In this document: piece after piece, positions 1 to 8,774 of the stretch
Numbering within the stretch: position 1 is the first letter of the stretch
Layout: every line of letters begins with the position of its first letter
DNA from: Nanobdellota archaeon
GTDB taxonomy: Archaea; Nanobdellota; Nanobdellia; Pacearchaeales; GW2011-AR1
DNA length: 53,337 nucleotides
Direction: 5' to 3'
Assembly: GCA_038045705.1 (NCBI GenBank)
Contig: JBBSXO010000004.1
Location: 1-53,337, forward strand
The notes under the pieces: generated by a model
What the model was told of the DNA's origin: nothing
What the model saw: the letters and a program-made list of their open reading frames with translations, nothing else
Databases searched by the model: none
Made by a program: the position numbers and the translations under genes

Positions 1-2580
1 GTCTTTCCAATTAAGTCTCAACTGTATAGAACTTACTGGAGTAACGTTTAAGTCACTAGGCGTATTAGGAACTGTCGGCAATAAAACGGTCAAGTTTAAA
101 CGATTACTAACCTGTCCATCTAAGTTTCTAACTTGAAAACCGTAAACATCTGGAGGAGTATCTCTTCCGGCAATAAATCTCATTTCTTGCGAGCTAATGA
201 TAGTAGAAGGCACAGAAGAACAAATCGAAGATAAACAAGCTTCAAGTATTGCTCCGGGATTATCAAAACGAGTTCCTATAAGTTGAATAGTATGATCTTG
301 ATTATTCATAATAGGATTTGGTGAAATCCCAGTTAATATTGGAGCAACAGATCCTCCTAATTCATAAATCCCTGCATCGATATTACCAACACGAGAATTC
401 ATTCTAATGTCTAATAAAGGAGCACCTAAAAACAAGCCTAAATTGATAGAAAGTGAATTTGTAGAAATAGGATCAAAATTATAATTACCAGGATTCAAGT
501 AATAACTTACAGAAACATCACTAAAACCAGGATTTCCTAAAACGTTGTTTCGAACAAAACTTCTCCAAATAACATGATTTTGAAATTCGCTAAACGTCCA
601 AGTGTAATAACGTGGGGTTACTCCAAAAGCATTAGAATGTGTTCCATCAGTTGAAGTAGAAATCAATCCAGCAGGTTCTCCAGTAGATCTAAAGAAGAGA
701 TTGTTTTCTATTAAAGCACCAGGAGTAATTAAGTGAGAGATATTATCTGTTTTGAAGAGAGGTGCACCATAATTACTAAAAATATTATTTCTAAAAATAT
801 TTCCAGTAAAAGTATAAACTTTCCTTGGAGTAACATCTGCAAATTCAACAGCAGAAAAATCAAAAGGAGCATTAGTTCTTGAACAAGGTGGTGCAGCCCA
901 TTGATCTTCACAAACACCATTATGACTAGAACCTATCCAGACAAGATTATTTATGAATTGATTATAATCATTACTCTGTCTATAAAGTGCTCCATCGCCA
1001 TAACATTGAGGAAATGCGCCACGATTACAAGAAGTATTACTCGTCGGACACTCTGGAATCTGTCCAACTAAACAACTACCAGGATATAAACTTGCACAAG
1101 TAAAATAAGCACTATCGCAATATGAAAATAATATAATCCCCTGTTTATTATTGTTAAATATAAGATTGTTTCTAAATTTGCTATATTGAACTCCATTTGT
1201 AAGAGTTATACCTCCTAAAGCATTAGAGTGGATTATGTTATTTTCAACGATAAAGTTCTCCATTTTCCCATTAAACTGAATTCCGTGTCTACGATTCCTA
1301 TAAATCAAGTTACCATTTATTACAAAATTAGTATGGGGATTTTGATCAGAATTAGGAATATAAATCCCATGTTCTCCAGCATTATCATGAATTACAGAAC
1401 TTTCAATAGTAACTCTATCTTTGGGAGTACCACCCCATACTCCCCAACGATGTCTTAAAGATTCTACATTTCGAATAGTTAGATTGATTGCAGAACCAGT
1501 AATATCTATACCTATTTGACCAAACCCATTAGTATTACAAACTCCAGGCTGACAAGTGATAACAAAACCATCAACAACAATATTCCTTGTTCCGGCAAGT
1601 CCTCCAATACCATAAAATGCATCAAAAACAGCCAATTCACCAGGATAAGACATAAAAACTATTGGGTTTCCAGGAGTACCTCTAGGGATAGTACTTCCAC
1701 TAGCTAAATTAAGTATTGAAAAACTACTTGAATAAGTCCCATTTCTATAAATCACAAAATCATTTGAACCCACAAGACTTCTAATTGCTCCAAAGCCTGC
1801 ATAAGGTCTAGAAATATTATTTGCTTGACCATTAGTATTTACTCCATTTGGTGCAATGAAATAAATATTTCTAGGATTATTATACCCTCTTGAGACTAAA
1901 AAATTTCTAAGATTTTGAATATCTCTAAAATCACCATAATTTTGATTAACTGACTGAGGAGTATTCAAATTAGGATCACTGTCATCAACATCAGGTAAAT
2001 CTCCATGTATATTTACATCATACCGTCCATATTGTCCACCACTTTGTTTTCCAACTCCATAACCATCACAGTCTTTATCAATATACCAAGCAGTAGTGCA
2101 ACCAAAACCGACAGGATAATTTAAAGATGGTTGTAAAAGAATTTTCTTAGATTTAGAAACATGAAGGGTATTTGATATTTTCTTATCCCATAAATTAACA
2201 AATGCGTAAAGCTCCAGTTCCTGTCCCTCAAACCGTTCACCAAACAAACCATAAATCTCTTTATCAATCAACCATTCTACCAAAACCTTATCTTCAATAA
2301 AATTTCCAGAAAAGGTATGAATCTTATCATTAAAAAAAGAATCTTTTTCAAAGATATCTATATTTATATCATGACCATTACAATTTTCACCAATAACTAC
2401 TATATTAACAGTATCCTCGACATTTGCAGAAACACGATCAAATGAAACATCTGTAATTAGGCAGTCTAAAGAATCTGATGAAATCTGGTTACCTGTAATG
2501 CTGTAAAAATTAAACCAAGATAAAAAAGAAACAATCAAAAGAAATAAACAAGCAATAAAAATACCATTTATATTTTTCAT
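1..2580 (-). CDS. Large secreted/surface protein, 3'-truncated by the window edge (>860 aa): signal/anchor, DxDxDGYG metal-binding motif, right-handed beta-helix, choice-of-anchor-Q-like motif, IPT/TIG domain, start of an FN3 domain
   Basis: Hand-translated open frame from ATG 2580 (MKNINGIFIACLFLLIVSFLSWFNFYSITGNQI) with no stop found down to base 1. Contains WYIDKDCDGYG...DVDDSDPNLN, IYFIAPNG...PY, GTPGNPIVFMSYPGE, EHGIY, repeated NN(I/L)(I/F) ladders, DIRMNSRVGNIDAGIYE, APILTGISP and PNTPSDLNVTPVSSIQLRLNWKD. Not in the ORF track because it has no stop in the window. Confidence 0.85.
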   Translation of the reverse strand, partial: MKNINGIFIACLFLLIVSFLSWFNFYSITGNQISSDSLDCLITDVSFDRVSANVEDTVNIVVIGENCNGHDINIDIFEKDSFFNDKIHTFSGNFIEDKVLVEWLIDKEIYGLFGERFEGQELELYAFVNLWDKKISNTLHVSKSKKILLQPSLNYPVGFGCTTAWYIDKDCDGYGVGKQSGGQYGRYDVNIHGDLPDVDDSDPNLNTPQSVNQNYGDFRDIQNLRNFLVSRGYNNPRNIYFIAPNGVNTNGQANNISRPYAGFGAIRSLVGSNDFVIYRNGTYSSSFSILNLASGSTIPRGTPGNPIVFMSYPGELAVFDAFYGIGGLAGTRNIVVDGFVITCQPGVCNTNGFGQIGIDITGSAINLTIRNVESLRHRWGVWGGTPKDRVTIESSVIHDNAGEHGIYIPNSDQNPHTNFVINGNLIYRNRRHGIQFNGKMENFIVENNIIHSNALGGITLTNGVQYSKFRNNLIFNNNKQGIILFSYCDSAYFTCASLYPGSCLVGQIPECPTSNTSCNRGAFPQCYGDGALYRQSNDYNQFINNLVWIGSSHNGVCEDQWAAPPCSRTNAPFDFSAVEFADVTPRKVYTFTGNIFRNNIFSNYGAPLFKTDNISHLITPGALIENNLFFRSTGEPAGLISTSTDGTHSNAFGVTPRYYTWTFSEFQNHVIWRSFVRNNVLGNPGFSDVSVSYYLNPGNYNFDPISTNSLSINLGLFLGAPLLDIRMNSRVGNIDAGIYELGGSVAPILTGISPNPIMNNQDHTIQLIGTRFDNPGAILEACLSSICSSVPSTIISSQEMRFIAGRDTPPDVYGFQVRNLDGQVSNRLNLTVLLPTVPNTPSDLNVTPVSSIQLRLNWKD

Positions 2581-2726
2581 AAACTATATTAGCAATTACG
2601 GTTTATAATAGTTTTTTATTAGTAAATCAAAAAATAGACACATCACATTTTAGAGTATAATTTCTATGAAAAACCATTAGTATTAGAAAACACAAATTTA
2701 TTAACCCTTCATAAACTCGATATTTA

Positions 2727-4094
2727 ATGCTTGATAAACTTTCAGATGCAATAAAAAAGACAACAGATAAGATAGCGAATGCTATATTTCTTGATAAGAA
2801 TCTTGTAGATTCAGTAATAAAAGAATTACAAAGAGCACTAATAGAGTCTGATGTTAATGTCAAGTTAGTTCTAGAAATAACTCAAAAAATAAAGAAATCT
2901 GCACTAGATGAACGACTCAAAGGAGTAGAAAAGAAAGAGCATATAATTAAGCTTTTACATGATGAACTAAAGACAATTTTAGGAGAGAAAAAAGAACTAA
3001 AATTAGAAAATAAGAATAACAGATTCATGATGTTAGGATTATATGGGGTAGGTAAAACTACTACAATTTCAAAATTAGCCCTTTATTACTCAAAAAGAGG
3101 AAGTAAAGTATGTACAATAGGTCTTGATGTTCACAGACCTGCAGCATCTATTCAATTAAAACAATTATGTGATAAAATAAACATAGCATGTTTCATAAAT
3201 CCGGAAGAAAAGAACCCAACAAAAATATGGAAAGAATTTGAAAAAGATTTAGAAAAATATGATCTAGTAATAATAGATACAGCTGGAAGAGATGCATTAG
3301 AAAACGATTTAATAAAAGAAATAAAATCAATAGCAAAAATAGCAAAACCAACTGAAACAATCCTTGTAATACCCGCAGATATAGGGCAAACAGCAAGAAA
3401 ACAAGCAATAGCATTCAAAGAAGCCGTAAACATAACAGGAGTTATAATAACAAGAATGGACTCAACTGCAAAAGCAGGAGGAGCCCTGACTTCATGTTAT
3501 GAGGCAAAAGTCCCTGTAATATTTATAGGAACTGGAGAAAAAACAGCAGATTTAGAACAATTCAATCCAGAATCTTTCTTATCAAGAATGCTTGGAATGG
3601 GAGATCTAGAAACTTTAATGGAAAAGATAAAAACAGTTACTGATGAAAAAGCTCTTAAAAAAACCCAAAAAAATATAGAAGAAGGTAAGCTGACACTAAG
3701 AGATGTTCAAGCTCAATTAGAGTCAATGGAATCAATAGGTGGTATGGATAAAATGCTATCCTTAATACCCGGTTTTGGAAAAATGAAAGAAAAAGTTTCA
3801 CAAGACAAATTAGAACAACAACAATCAAAACTTAAAGGCTATAAACATGCAATAAATTCAATGACTAAAGAAGAGATAGAAAATCCAGAAATAATTGAAA
3901 AGGAAACTTCAAGATTACAAAGAATAAGTAAGGGTTCGGGAGTTAGCACAACAGATATAAGAAATCTAATAAAACAATATAAAGTCCTCAAAGAAATGAT
4001 TCAATCAGGAAAATCATCAGAAGAAGGTATGATGGATCAAAAGAATCTAATGAAAATGGCAAAGAAACTAGCAAAGAAAGGTATGAGACTTTAG
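2727..4094 (+). CDS. srp54: Signal recognition particle protein SRP54
   Basis: RALIESDVNVKLV N-domain, GLYGVGKTTT, DVHRPAA, DTAGR, TRMDSTAKAGGAL, FIGTGEK and a Met-rich M domain (RISKGSG). Confidence 0.97.
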   Translation: MLDKLSDAIKKTTDKIANAIFLDKNLVDSVIKELQRALIESDVNVKLVLEITQKIKKSALDERLKGVEKKEHIIKLLHDELKTILGEKKELKLENKNNRFMMLGLYGVGKTTTISKLALYYSKRGSKVCTIGLDVHRPAASIQLKQLCDKINIACFINPEEKNPTKIWKEFEKDLEKYDLVIIDTAGRDALENDLIKEIKSIAKIAKPTETILVIPADIGQTARKQAIAFKEAVNITGVIITRMDSTAKAGGALTSCYEAKVPVIFIGTGEKTADLEQFNPESFLSRMLGMGDLETLMEKIKTVTDEKALKKTQKNIEEGKLTLRDVQAQLESMESIGGMDKMLSLIPGFGKMKEKVSQDKLEQQQSKLKGYKHAINSMTKEEIENPEIIEKETSRLQRISKGSGVSTTDIRNLIKQYKVLKEMIQSGKSSEEGMMDQKNLMKMAKKLAKKGMRL

Positions 4095-4106
4095 TATTAA
4101 AAGGAT

Positions 4107-4119
4107 TTAAATACAAGTA
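4107..4119 (+). promoter_or_regulatory. TATA-box promoter of the first vapBC operon
   Basis: TTAAATACAAGTA begins 29 nt before ATG 4136, followed by the direct repeat CAAGTAT-N5-CAAGTAT. The identical 13-mer lies before the second vapBC. Confidence 0.55.
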
Positions 4120-4135
4120 TAACCTCAAGTATGAC

Positions 4136-4420
4136 ATGGTAGAACTAAGAGTAAGACTTGGATCAAAGGGACAAGTAGTAATTCCTAAAATTCTTAGAGA
4201 TTACTATAAAATGTTTCCTAAAGAAGAAGTCATAATAATCGAACAGAAAGAAGGAGTTCTAATAAAGAGAGATAGTGAAGACCCCATAGAAATGCTGAAA
4301 AAAATAGCTGAAAAAATAAACGAAAAAAAGAAAATAAAAGTTCCTTCTGCCAAGGAATTGAAAGAAACATTCTATGAACAATATGAAGAAAGAACAAGAA
4401 GAGCAGGAATTAGAATCTAA
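4136..4420 (+). CDS. vapB: AbrB/MazE/SpoVT-family antitoxin (VapB)
   Basis: RVRLGSKGQVVIPKILR AbrB signature; overlaps a PIN-domain gene. Confidence 0.9.
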   Translation: MVELRVRLGSKGQVVIPKILRDYYKMFPKEEVIIIEQKEGVLIKRDSEDPIEMLKKIAEKINEKKKIKVPSAKELKETFYEQYEERTRRAGIRI

Positions 4421-4826
4421 AGAAGTTTATTTAGATTCTAATCTATTCATAACTTCTGTAATTAGTACTGCAACAGATGGAGAAAAAGCTAGGGCCATAA
4501 TCAAACAGATAAAAGAAGGAGAATATGAAGGATATACATCTGTACTAACTTTAGATGAAGTTATATGGATAGTACAAAAATTTAAAGATAAAGAAACAGC
4601 ATATGAAACAGGAAAAACATTAATAGGAATACCAAATATTAACTTTGTACCAATAGGAGTAGAACTAATTTCAAAATCTCTTGAATTATATAAAAATACT
4701 CTTCTAGATCCAAGAGACGCGATTCATTTAGCAACAATGCAACAAAAAGGCATAAAGACAATAATAAGCCAAGATTCAGATTTTGACAAAATCAAAAATA
4801 TTAAAAGAATAGATTTCTCAAAATGA
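4374..4826 (+). CDS. vapC: PIN-domain toxin VapC
   Basis: VYLDSNLFI, TLDEV, DPRDAIHLAT and SQDSDFD acidic PIN residues. Confidence 0.9.
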   Translation: MNNMKKEQEEQELESKEVYLDSNLFITSVISTATDGEKARAIIKQIKEGEYEGYTSVLTLDEVIWIVQKFKDKETAYETGKTLIGIPNINFVPIGVELISKSLELYKNTLLDPRDAIHLATMQQKGIKTIISQDSDFDKIKNIKRIDFSK

Positions 4827-5444
4827 TTGATGAAAATGACAAAAGAAACCATTCTAGCGAGAGGTGCAGAAGCCATAATAATAAAAAAAGAAAAGACTAT
4901 ATTAAAAGATAGAATAGAAAAATCTTATAGACATCCAGAATTAGATAAGAAAATAAGAAAATTAAGAACAAGGTCTGAAAGCAAAATTCTAGAAAAATTA
5001 CAAAAAGTCATAAACGTTCCAAAAATAATTAGTTCAGACGAGGTAAAAGGCAAAATAGAGATGGAGTACATTGACGGTAAAAAATTAGCAGACCACCTAG
5101 AAAAGACAGATTATAAAAAAGTCTGTATTAATATTGGAAAGCAATTAGCAAAGCTTCATGATAACGACATAATCCATGGAGACTTAACAACTTCAAATAT
5201 GATTCTAAAGAAAGACAAAGTTTATTTCATAGATTTTGGTCTAGGGTTTCATTCATCAAGAGTTGAAGACAAAGCAGTAGACTTACACTTAATCAAACAA
5301 GCATTAGAGGCCAAACACCACTCAATTCAAGAAGAAGCATTTAAATCAATAGTTAAAGGCTACAAAAAGTCAAAAAATCAGAAACAAACATTATTACAGT
5401 TAGAAAAAGTAGAGCACAGAGGAAGATACAAAGCCCAATACTAA
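4827..5444 (+). CDS. bud32: KEOPS complex kinase Bud32, stand-alone (start may be 4830 or 4836)
   Basis: RGAEA, KSYRHPELD, IHGDLTTSN, IDFGLG, EDKAVDL, C-terminal RGRY. Confidence 0.95.
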   Translation: MMKMTKETILARGAEAIIIKKEKTILKDRIEKSYRHPELDKKIRKLRTRSESKILEKLQKVINVPKIISSDEVKGKIEMEYIDGKKLADHLEKTDYKKVCINIGKQLAKLHDNDIIHGDLTTSNMILKKDKVYFIDFGLGFHSSRVEDKAVDLHLIKQALEAKHHSIQEEAFKSIVKGYKKSKNQKQTLLQLEKVEHRGRYKAQY

Positions 5445-5473
5445 AAGGCTATCTTACTTTGTAAGTTTTTATA

Positions 5474-5547
5474 TAGCCCCGCCCGGATTCGAACCGGGGT
5501 CTCAGGCGCCAAAGGCCTGCGAACTTGGCCAGCTATTCTACGGGGCT
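5474..5547 (-). tRNA. tRNA-Gln (TTG)
   Basis: Minus strand AGCCCCG...CGGGGCT-A acceptor stem (A1-U72, typical of archaeal tRNA-Gln), anticodon arm CAGGC-CTTTGGC-GCCTG, T-loop GGTTCGAATCC; no intron, no encoded CCA. Confidence 0.95.
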
Positions 5548-5607
5548 AAACCTAATAATTAAATTCAAACCACCAGCTTTAAAAACCCATCCATCCAAAC
5601 TCAAATC

Positions 5608-5937
5608 ATGGCAGAAAAAGCAGATTGGACAAAATTTAAACCAGTAGAAGTTGAAAAAATAATAGTTGATCTAGCAAGACAAGGAATAGCTCCTGAAAAA
5701 ATAGGATTAATCCTTAGAGATCAACATGGTATCCCAAAAGCAAAATTACTTGGAATAAAGATAAAAGATGTTCTTGTAAAAAATAAAATAGATACAAACT
5801 CTGAAAAAACAAACACTCTAAACAAAATTGAAAGATTAAAAAAACATTCTCTAAAAAACAAGCATGATTATACCGCTATAAGAAAAGCAGTTATGTACTC
5901 TGCAAGAATAAACAAAAGAGCAAAGATTGGCCAATAA
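5608..5937 (+). CDS. rps15: 30S ribosomal protein uS15 (S15P/S13e), shortened
   Basis: EVEKIIVDLARQG..PEKIGLILRDQHGIP and H...NKHD motifs of archaeal uS15. Confidence 0.85.
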   Translation: MAEKADWTKFKPVEVEKIIVDLARQGIAPEKIGLILRDQHGIPKAKLLGIKIKDVLVKNKIDTNSEKTNTLNKIERLKKHSLKNKHDYTAIRKAVMYSARINKRAKIGQ

Positions 5938-5967
5938 TTAAATAAAATCCATAGAACCATTAATAAA

Positions 5968-6138
5968 ATGAATAAAGGAAAATTAATAAGAATTAAATGT
6001 CCAAGATGCGGAAATTCTCAAACAACTTATGGTAAAGCAACAACAATGGTAAAATGTAATAGATGTAACAAACTCCTTCTCAAACCTCAAGGGGGAAAGG
6101 CAAAAATCAAAGCCTTAATAAAATATGTCTTCAGATAA
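5968..6138 (+). CDS. rps27e: 30S ribosomal protein eS27 (56 aa, below the ORF-track cutoff)
   Basis: MNKGKLIRIKCPRCGNSQTTYGKATTMVKCNRCNKLLLKPQGGKAKIKALIKYVFR: two CxxC motifs plus PxGGKA, directly upstream of aIF2a. Confidence 0.93.
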   Translation: MNKGKLIRIKCPRCGNSQTTYGKATTMVKCNRCNKLLLKPQGGKAKIKALIKYVFR

Positions 6139-6835
6139 TTCTCCAAAAGAAGATGAAGTTATATTATGCACAGTAACTAGAATAGATTCTGGGGGAGTGT
6201 TTGTAAGTTTAGAAGGATACGCATACGAAGGTCACATAATCTTAGCAGAAATATCCCCTGGTAGAATAAGAAATATAAGGGAGTTTGTAAGTGTTGGAAA
6301 AAAGATAGTATGTAAAGTTCTAAGAAATAAAGATAATAATTTAGAAATGAGTTTAAGAAGAGTATCTGCAAAGGAAAGAGATACAATCCTAGAATACTAT
6401 CAAAAAGAAAGAGTTTTTTCAAGTATTTTAAAATCAGTATCTCCTGATAATGTAACAGATTTAATAAATAAAATAAAAGAAAAAGAAGATTTATCTCAAA
6501 TAATAGAAAATGTAAAAACAAATCCAGAAATACTAAAGAAATATTTAAGCTCAAAAGAGTTTGATAAATTAAAAGATATATTATCTCAAAAGAAAGAGAC
6601 TGAAAAAGAAGTCCAAAAAAAGATAACATTAAAATCTTATAAAGAAAATGGTATATCTGAAATAAAAAACATACTTGAAACAAAAGATGCAAATATATCT
6701 TATTTAGGGTCATCAAATTTCCTAGTAAGAGTTAAAGGAACAGAATATAAATTAGCAAATAACCAGTTAGATAAGGTCATAGAAACAATAAAAGAAAGAG
6801 CAAAGAAGGTCCATGCACAGTTAGAGATAAAATGA
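6125..6835 (+). CDS. aif2A: Translation initiation factor 2 alpha subunit
   Basis: S1 domain with EISPGRIRNIREFV, KIVCKVLR, SLRRVS; conserved eS27-aIF2a-Nop10 order. Confidence 0.93.
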   Translation: MSSDNSPKEDEVILCTVTRIDSGGVFVSLEGYAYEGHIILAEISPGRIRNIREFVSVGKKIVCKVLRNKDNNLEMSLRRVSAKERDTILEYYQKERVFSSILKSVSPDNVTDLINKIKEKEDLSQIIENVKTNPEILKKYLSSKEFDKLKDILSQKKETEKEVQKKITLKSYKENGISEIKNILETKDANISYLGSSNFLVRVKGTEYKLANNQLDKVIETIKERAKKVHAQLEIK

Positions 6836-6990
6836 TGTTGAAGTTTTATATAAATAAAAAGAATGAAAAAGTTTATACATTAAAAAGTAGCCAAGATGAT
6901 AAACAAACACTAGAAGCTCATTACAAATTTATCAAATTCAAAGATGAAAAAGAACGCAATAATCCTTATATATCAAAACAAGTAAAATAA
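6832..6990 (+). CDS. nop10: Nop10-like H/ACA RNP protein without cysteines (52 aa, not in the ORF track)
   Basis: MMLKFYINKKNEKVYTLKSSQDDKQTLEAHYKFIKFKDEKERNNPYISKQVK; YTLK...T..AH motif; ATGA overlap with the aIF2a stop; syntenic position of nop10. Confidence 0.7.
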   Translation: MMLKFYINKKNEKVYTLKSSQDDKQTLEAHYKFIKFKDEKERNNPYISKQVK

Positions 6991-6993
6991 TAA

Positions 6994-7353
6994 GTGGAAG
7001 AATCGCAAAATAAGATAAAAGAATTCAACGACAAAAGAGGCTGGTCAGATCACGGCTCAATAAAAGATCTTCTTCTAAATATGAATGAGGAAATAGGCGA
7101 ATTCTGGAACCTCATAAAATGGGTAAATACTGAAAAACAAAAAGAACTGATAGGTAAAAATAAAGAACTATGTGAAGATTTCATAGGAGATATGGTATAC
7201 CTTGTTCTCAAAATATCGTACCTTTGTGATGTAAACTCAAAAAAAGCAATCACGGATGTCTTAAATGAATATGAGGTTAGATTTCCAATAGATAAAATAA
7301 ATGGAAACCATGCAAATATTAAAGCAGGTGGAATCGATTTAAAATACCAATAA
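6994..7353 (+). CDS. MazG-like all-alpha nucleotide pyrophosphohydrolase
   Basis: FNDKRGW, EEIGE and EDFIGD acidic motifs, RFP near the C-terminus. Confidence 0.8.
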   Translation: MEESQNKIKEFNDKRGWSDHGSIKDLLLNMNEEIGEFWNLIKWVNTEKQKELIGKNKELCEDFIGDMVYLVLKISYLCDVNSKKAITDVLNEYEVRFPIDKINGNHANIKAGGIDLKYQ

Positions 7354-7354
7354 A

Positions 7355-7840
7355 ATGAGTAGACAAGGATATTTTCACAGAGCAATAGCAAAACGCCATC
7401 AAGTACCGTTTATGCTGTTAGTGGATGGGTTAAAGAGATATATTGAAGGTGGAGAGTTTTCAGTAGAAAAAGGAGCAACAGCATCAGTTCGTAGATTTTT
7501 TCTTCAAGCATACGAATTTGCAAAGGTTCACGGGAACTTACCAGAATTAGGGGAAAGATATCAAGTATTAGGATCTAATAAAAGATCAGAAATTGCAATC
7601 CCCTCTATGTTTAAACTAAAAGAATTATACGAAAGAACAGAGGGACAAGAAGAATTAGATGAAAGGCAAGTAGGTCTTGCAGCAGTAAGATTCTTAGGAT
7701 TATTAGACAATTTAGAAGAGAATCCAGATGTAAATAAAAAAGAAAGAAGACAGTATAAAACTTTACTCCAATTTGGTCAGACATTAATACAAGACCCAGA
7801 ATGTCAAGAAGTTAATTTAGGAAATGAAGATGATGAATAA
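7355..7840 (+). CDS. Hypothetical protein
   Basis: 161-aa ORF starting 1 nt after the upstream stop; no recognisable motif. Confidence 0.7.
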   Translation: MSRQGYFHRAIAKRHQVPFMLLVDGLKRYIEGGEFSVEKGATASVRRFFLQAYEFAKVHGNLPELGERYQVLGSNKRSEIAIPSMFKLKELYERTEGQEELDERQVGLAAVRFLGLLDNLEENPDVNKKERRQYKTLLQFGQTLIQDPECQEVNLGNEDDE

Positions 7841-7876
7841 AGAAGTAAATTTAAATAAGAATAAAATATCAATAAA

Positions 7877-8152
7877 ATGGTTAAATTAAAAGATTTATCT
7901 CAACAAGAAGCTGAAGCACGTAAAGAAAGAGGAGAATTATTAGGTGAAGAAATACCAGGAACAGAAACAAGATGGTTTAATATGGTTCCAATAATTAGAT
8001 TATTATCTCCATCAGCGCAAACAAGATACGAATGGGAAATACAAAGGCTTGCAAAAAAATATCATGCAAATGCCGTGTATGAAGAGCCAGACAGAGACAG
8101 AGAGTTAATAGGGGCAGAATTCCCATACAGATTACACTTTTTCACAAATTAA
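7877..8152 (+). CDS. Hypothetical protein
   Basis: 91-aa ORF with a TTTAAATA box about 27 nt upstream; no recognisable motif. Confidence 0.65.
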   Translation: MVKLKDLSQQEAEARKERGELLGEEIPGTETRWFNMVPIIRLLSPSAQTRYEWEIQRLAKKYHANAVYEEPDRDRELIGAEFPYRLHFFTN

Positions 8153-8754
8153 AACAAACTCTTCTGCTCAATTTCTTTCTTAACAATCTCTATATCTTTT
8201 TCCCACTCACCAAGTAAACTCCTGTTGTAAATTATAGCAGCAGGGTGAAACAAAGGAATTAATTTAACTTTCTTGCCATGCAATTCAATAATTCTAACTT
8301 TCCCGTGAACTGAAGTTATCCCAGGTTGATTTTTCATATTCTTAACATCAGTCCCAGCAAGAAAGAATTTGGTAGCATAATTTCCTAAAGAACAAATAAC
8401 TTTTGGATTTATTTCCTCTACCTGTTTCAAAAGCCAAGGAGTATGTGCCTTTATCTCTTCATCAAGCGGATCTCTATTCTCAGGAGGCCTACACTTCAAA
8501 ATATTAGCAATATAAACATCATTCATGCTTAAGCCAACTTTGTCAAGCAATTTATCTAAATTCTTCCCAGCAGCGCCAACAAAAGGCAATCCTTGCTCAT
8601 CTTCATTGCGACCTGGAGATTCTCCAATAAACATTATCGGAGCATTCAAATTTCCTTTACCAACAACTATATTCTTACAATTACTAAAAATTTCAGTATT
8701 TTTCACAAGTAAAGCTTCCGCAAAGTTAAAATCTTCCGATTCTTTATTATCCAT
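8149..8754 (-). CDS. udg: Family 4 uracil-DNA glycosylase
   Basis: FIGESPGRNED..G.PFVGAAG, NILKCRPPENRDP, LGNYA, FHPAAIIY; ATG 8754 preferred over TTG 8763. Confidence 0.93.
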   Translation of the reverse strand: MDNKESEDFNFAEALLVKNTEIFSNCKNIVVGKGNLNAPIMFIGESPGRNEDEQGLPFVGAAGKNLDKLLDKVGLSMNDVYIANILKCRPPENRDPLDEEIKAHTPWLLKQVEEINPKVICSLGNYATKFFLAGTDVKNMKNQPGITSVHGKVRIIELHGKKVKLIPLFHPAAIIYNRSLLGEWEKDIEIVKKEIEQKSLF

Positions 8755-8774
8755 AAAATACAAAAATATTTGAC

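Noticed and set aside
729-1707. Short track ORFs 729..920, 1228..1458 and 1516..1707
   Set aside because: They are shadows of the long minus-strand gene at 1..2580.
8149-8754. UdgX (covalent UDG)
   Set aside because: It has the family 4 KCRPP motif and no KRRIH loop.
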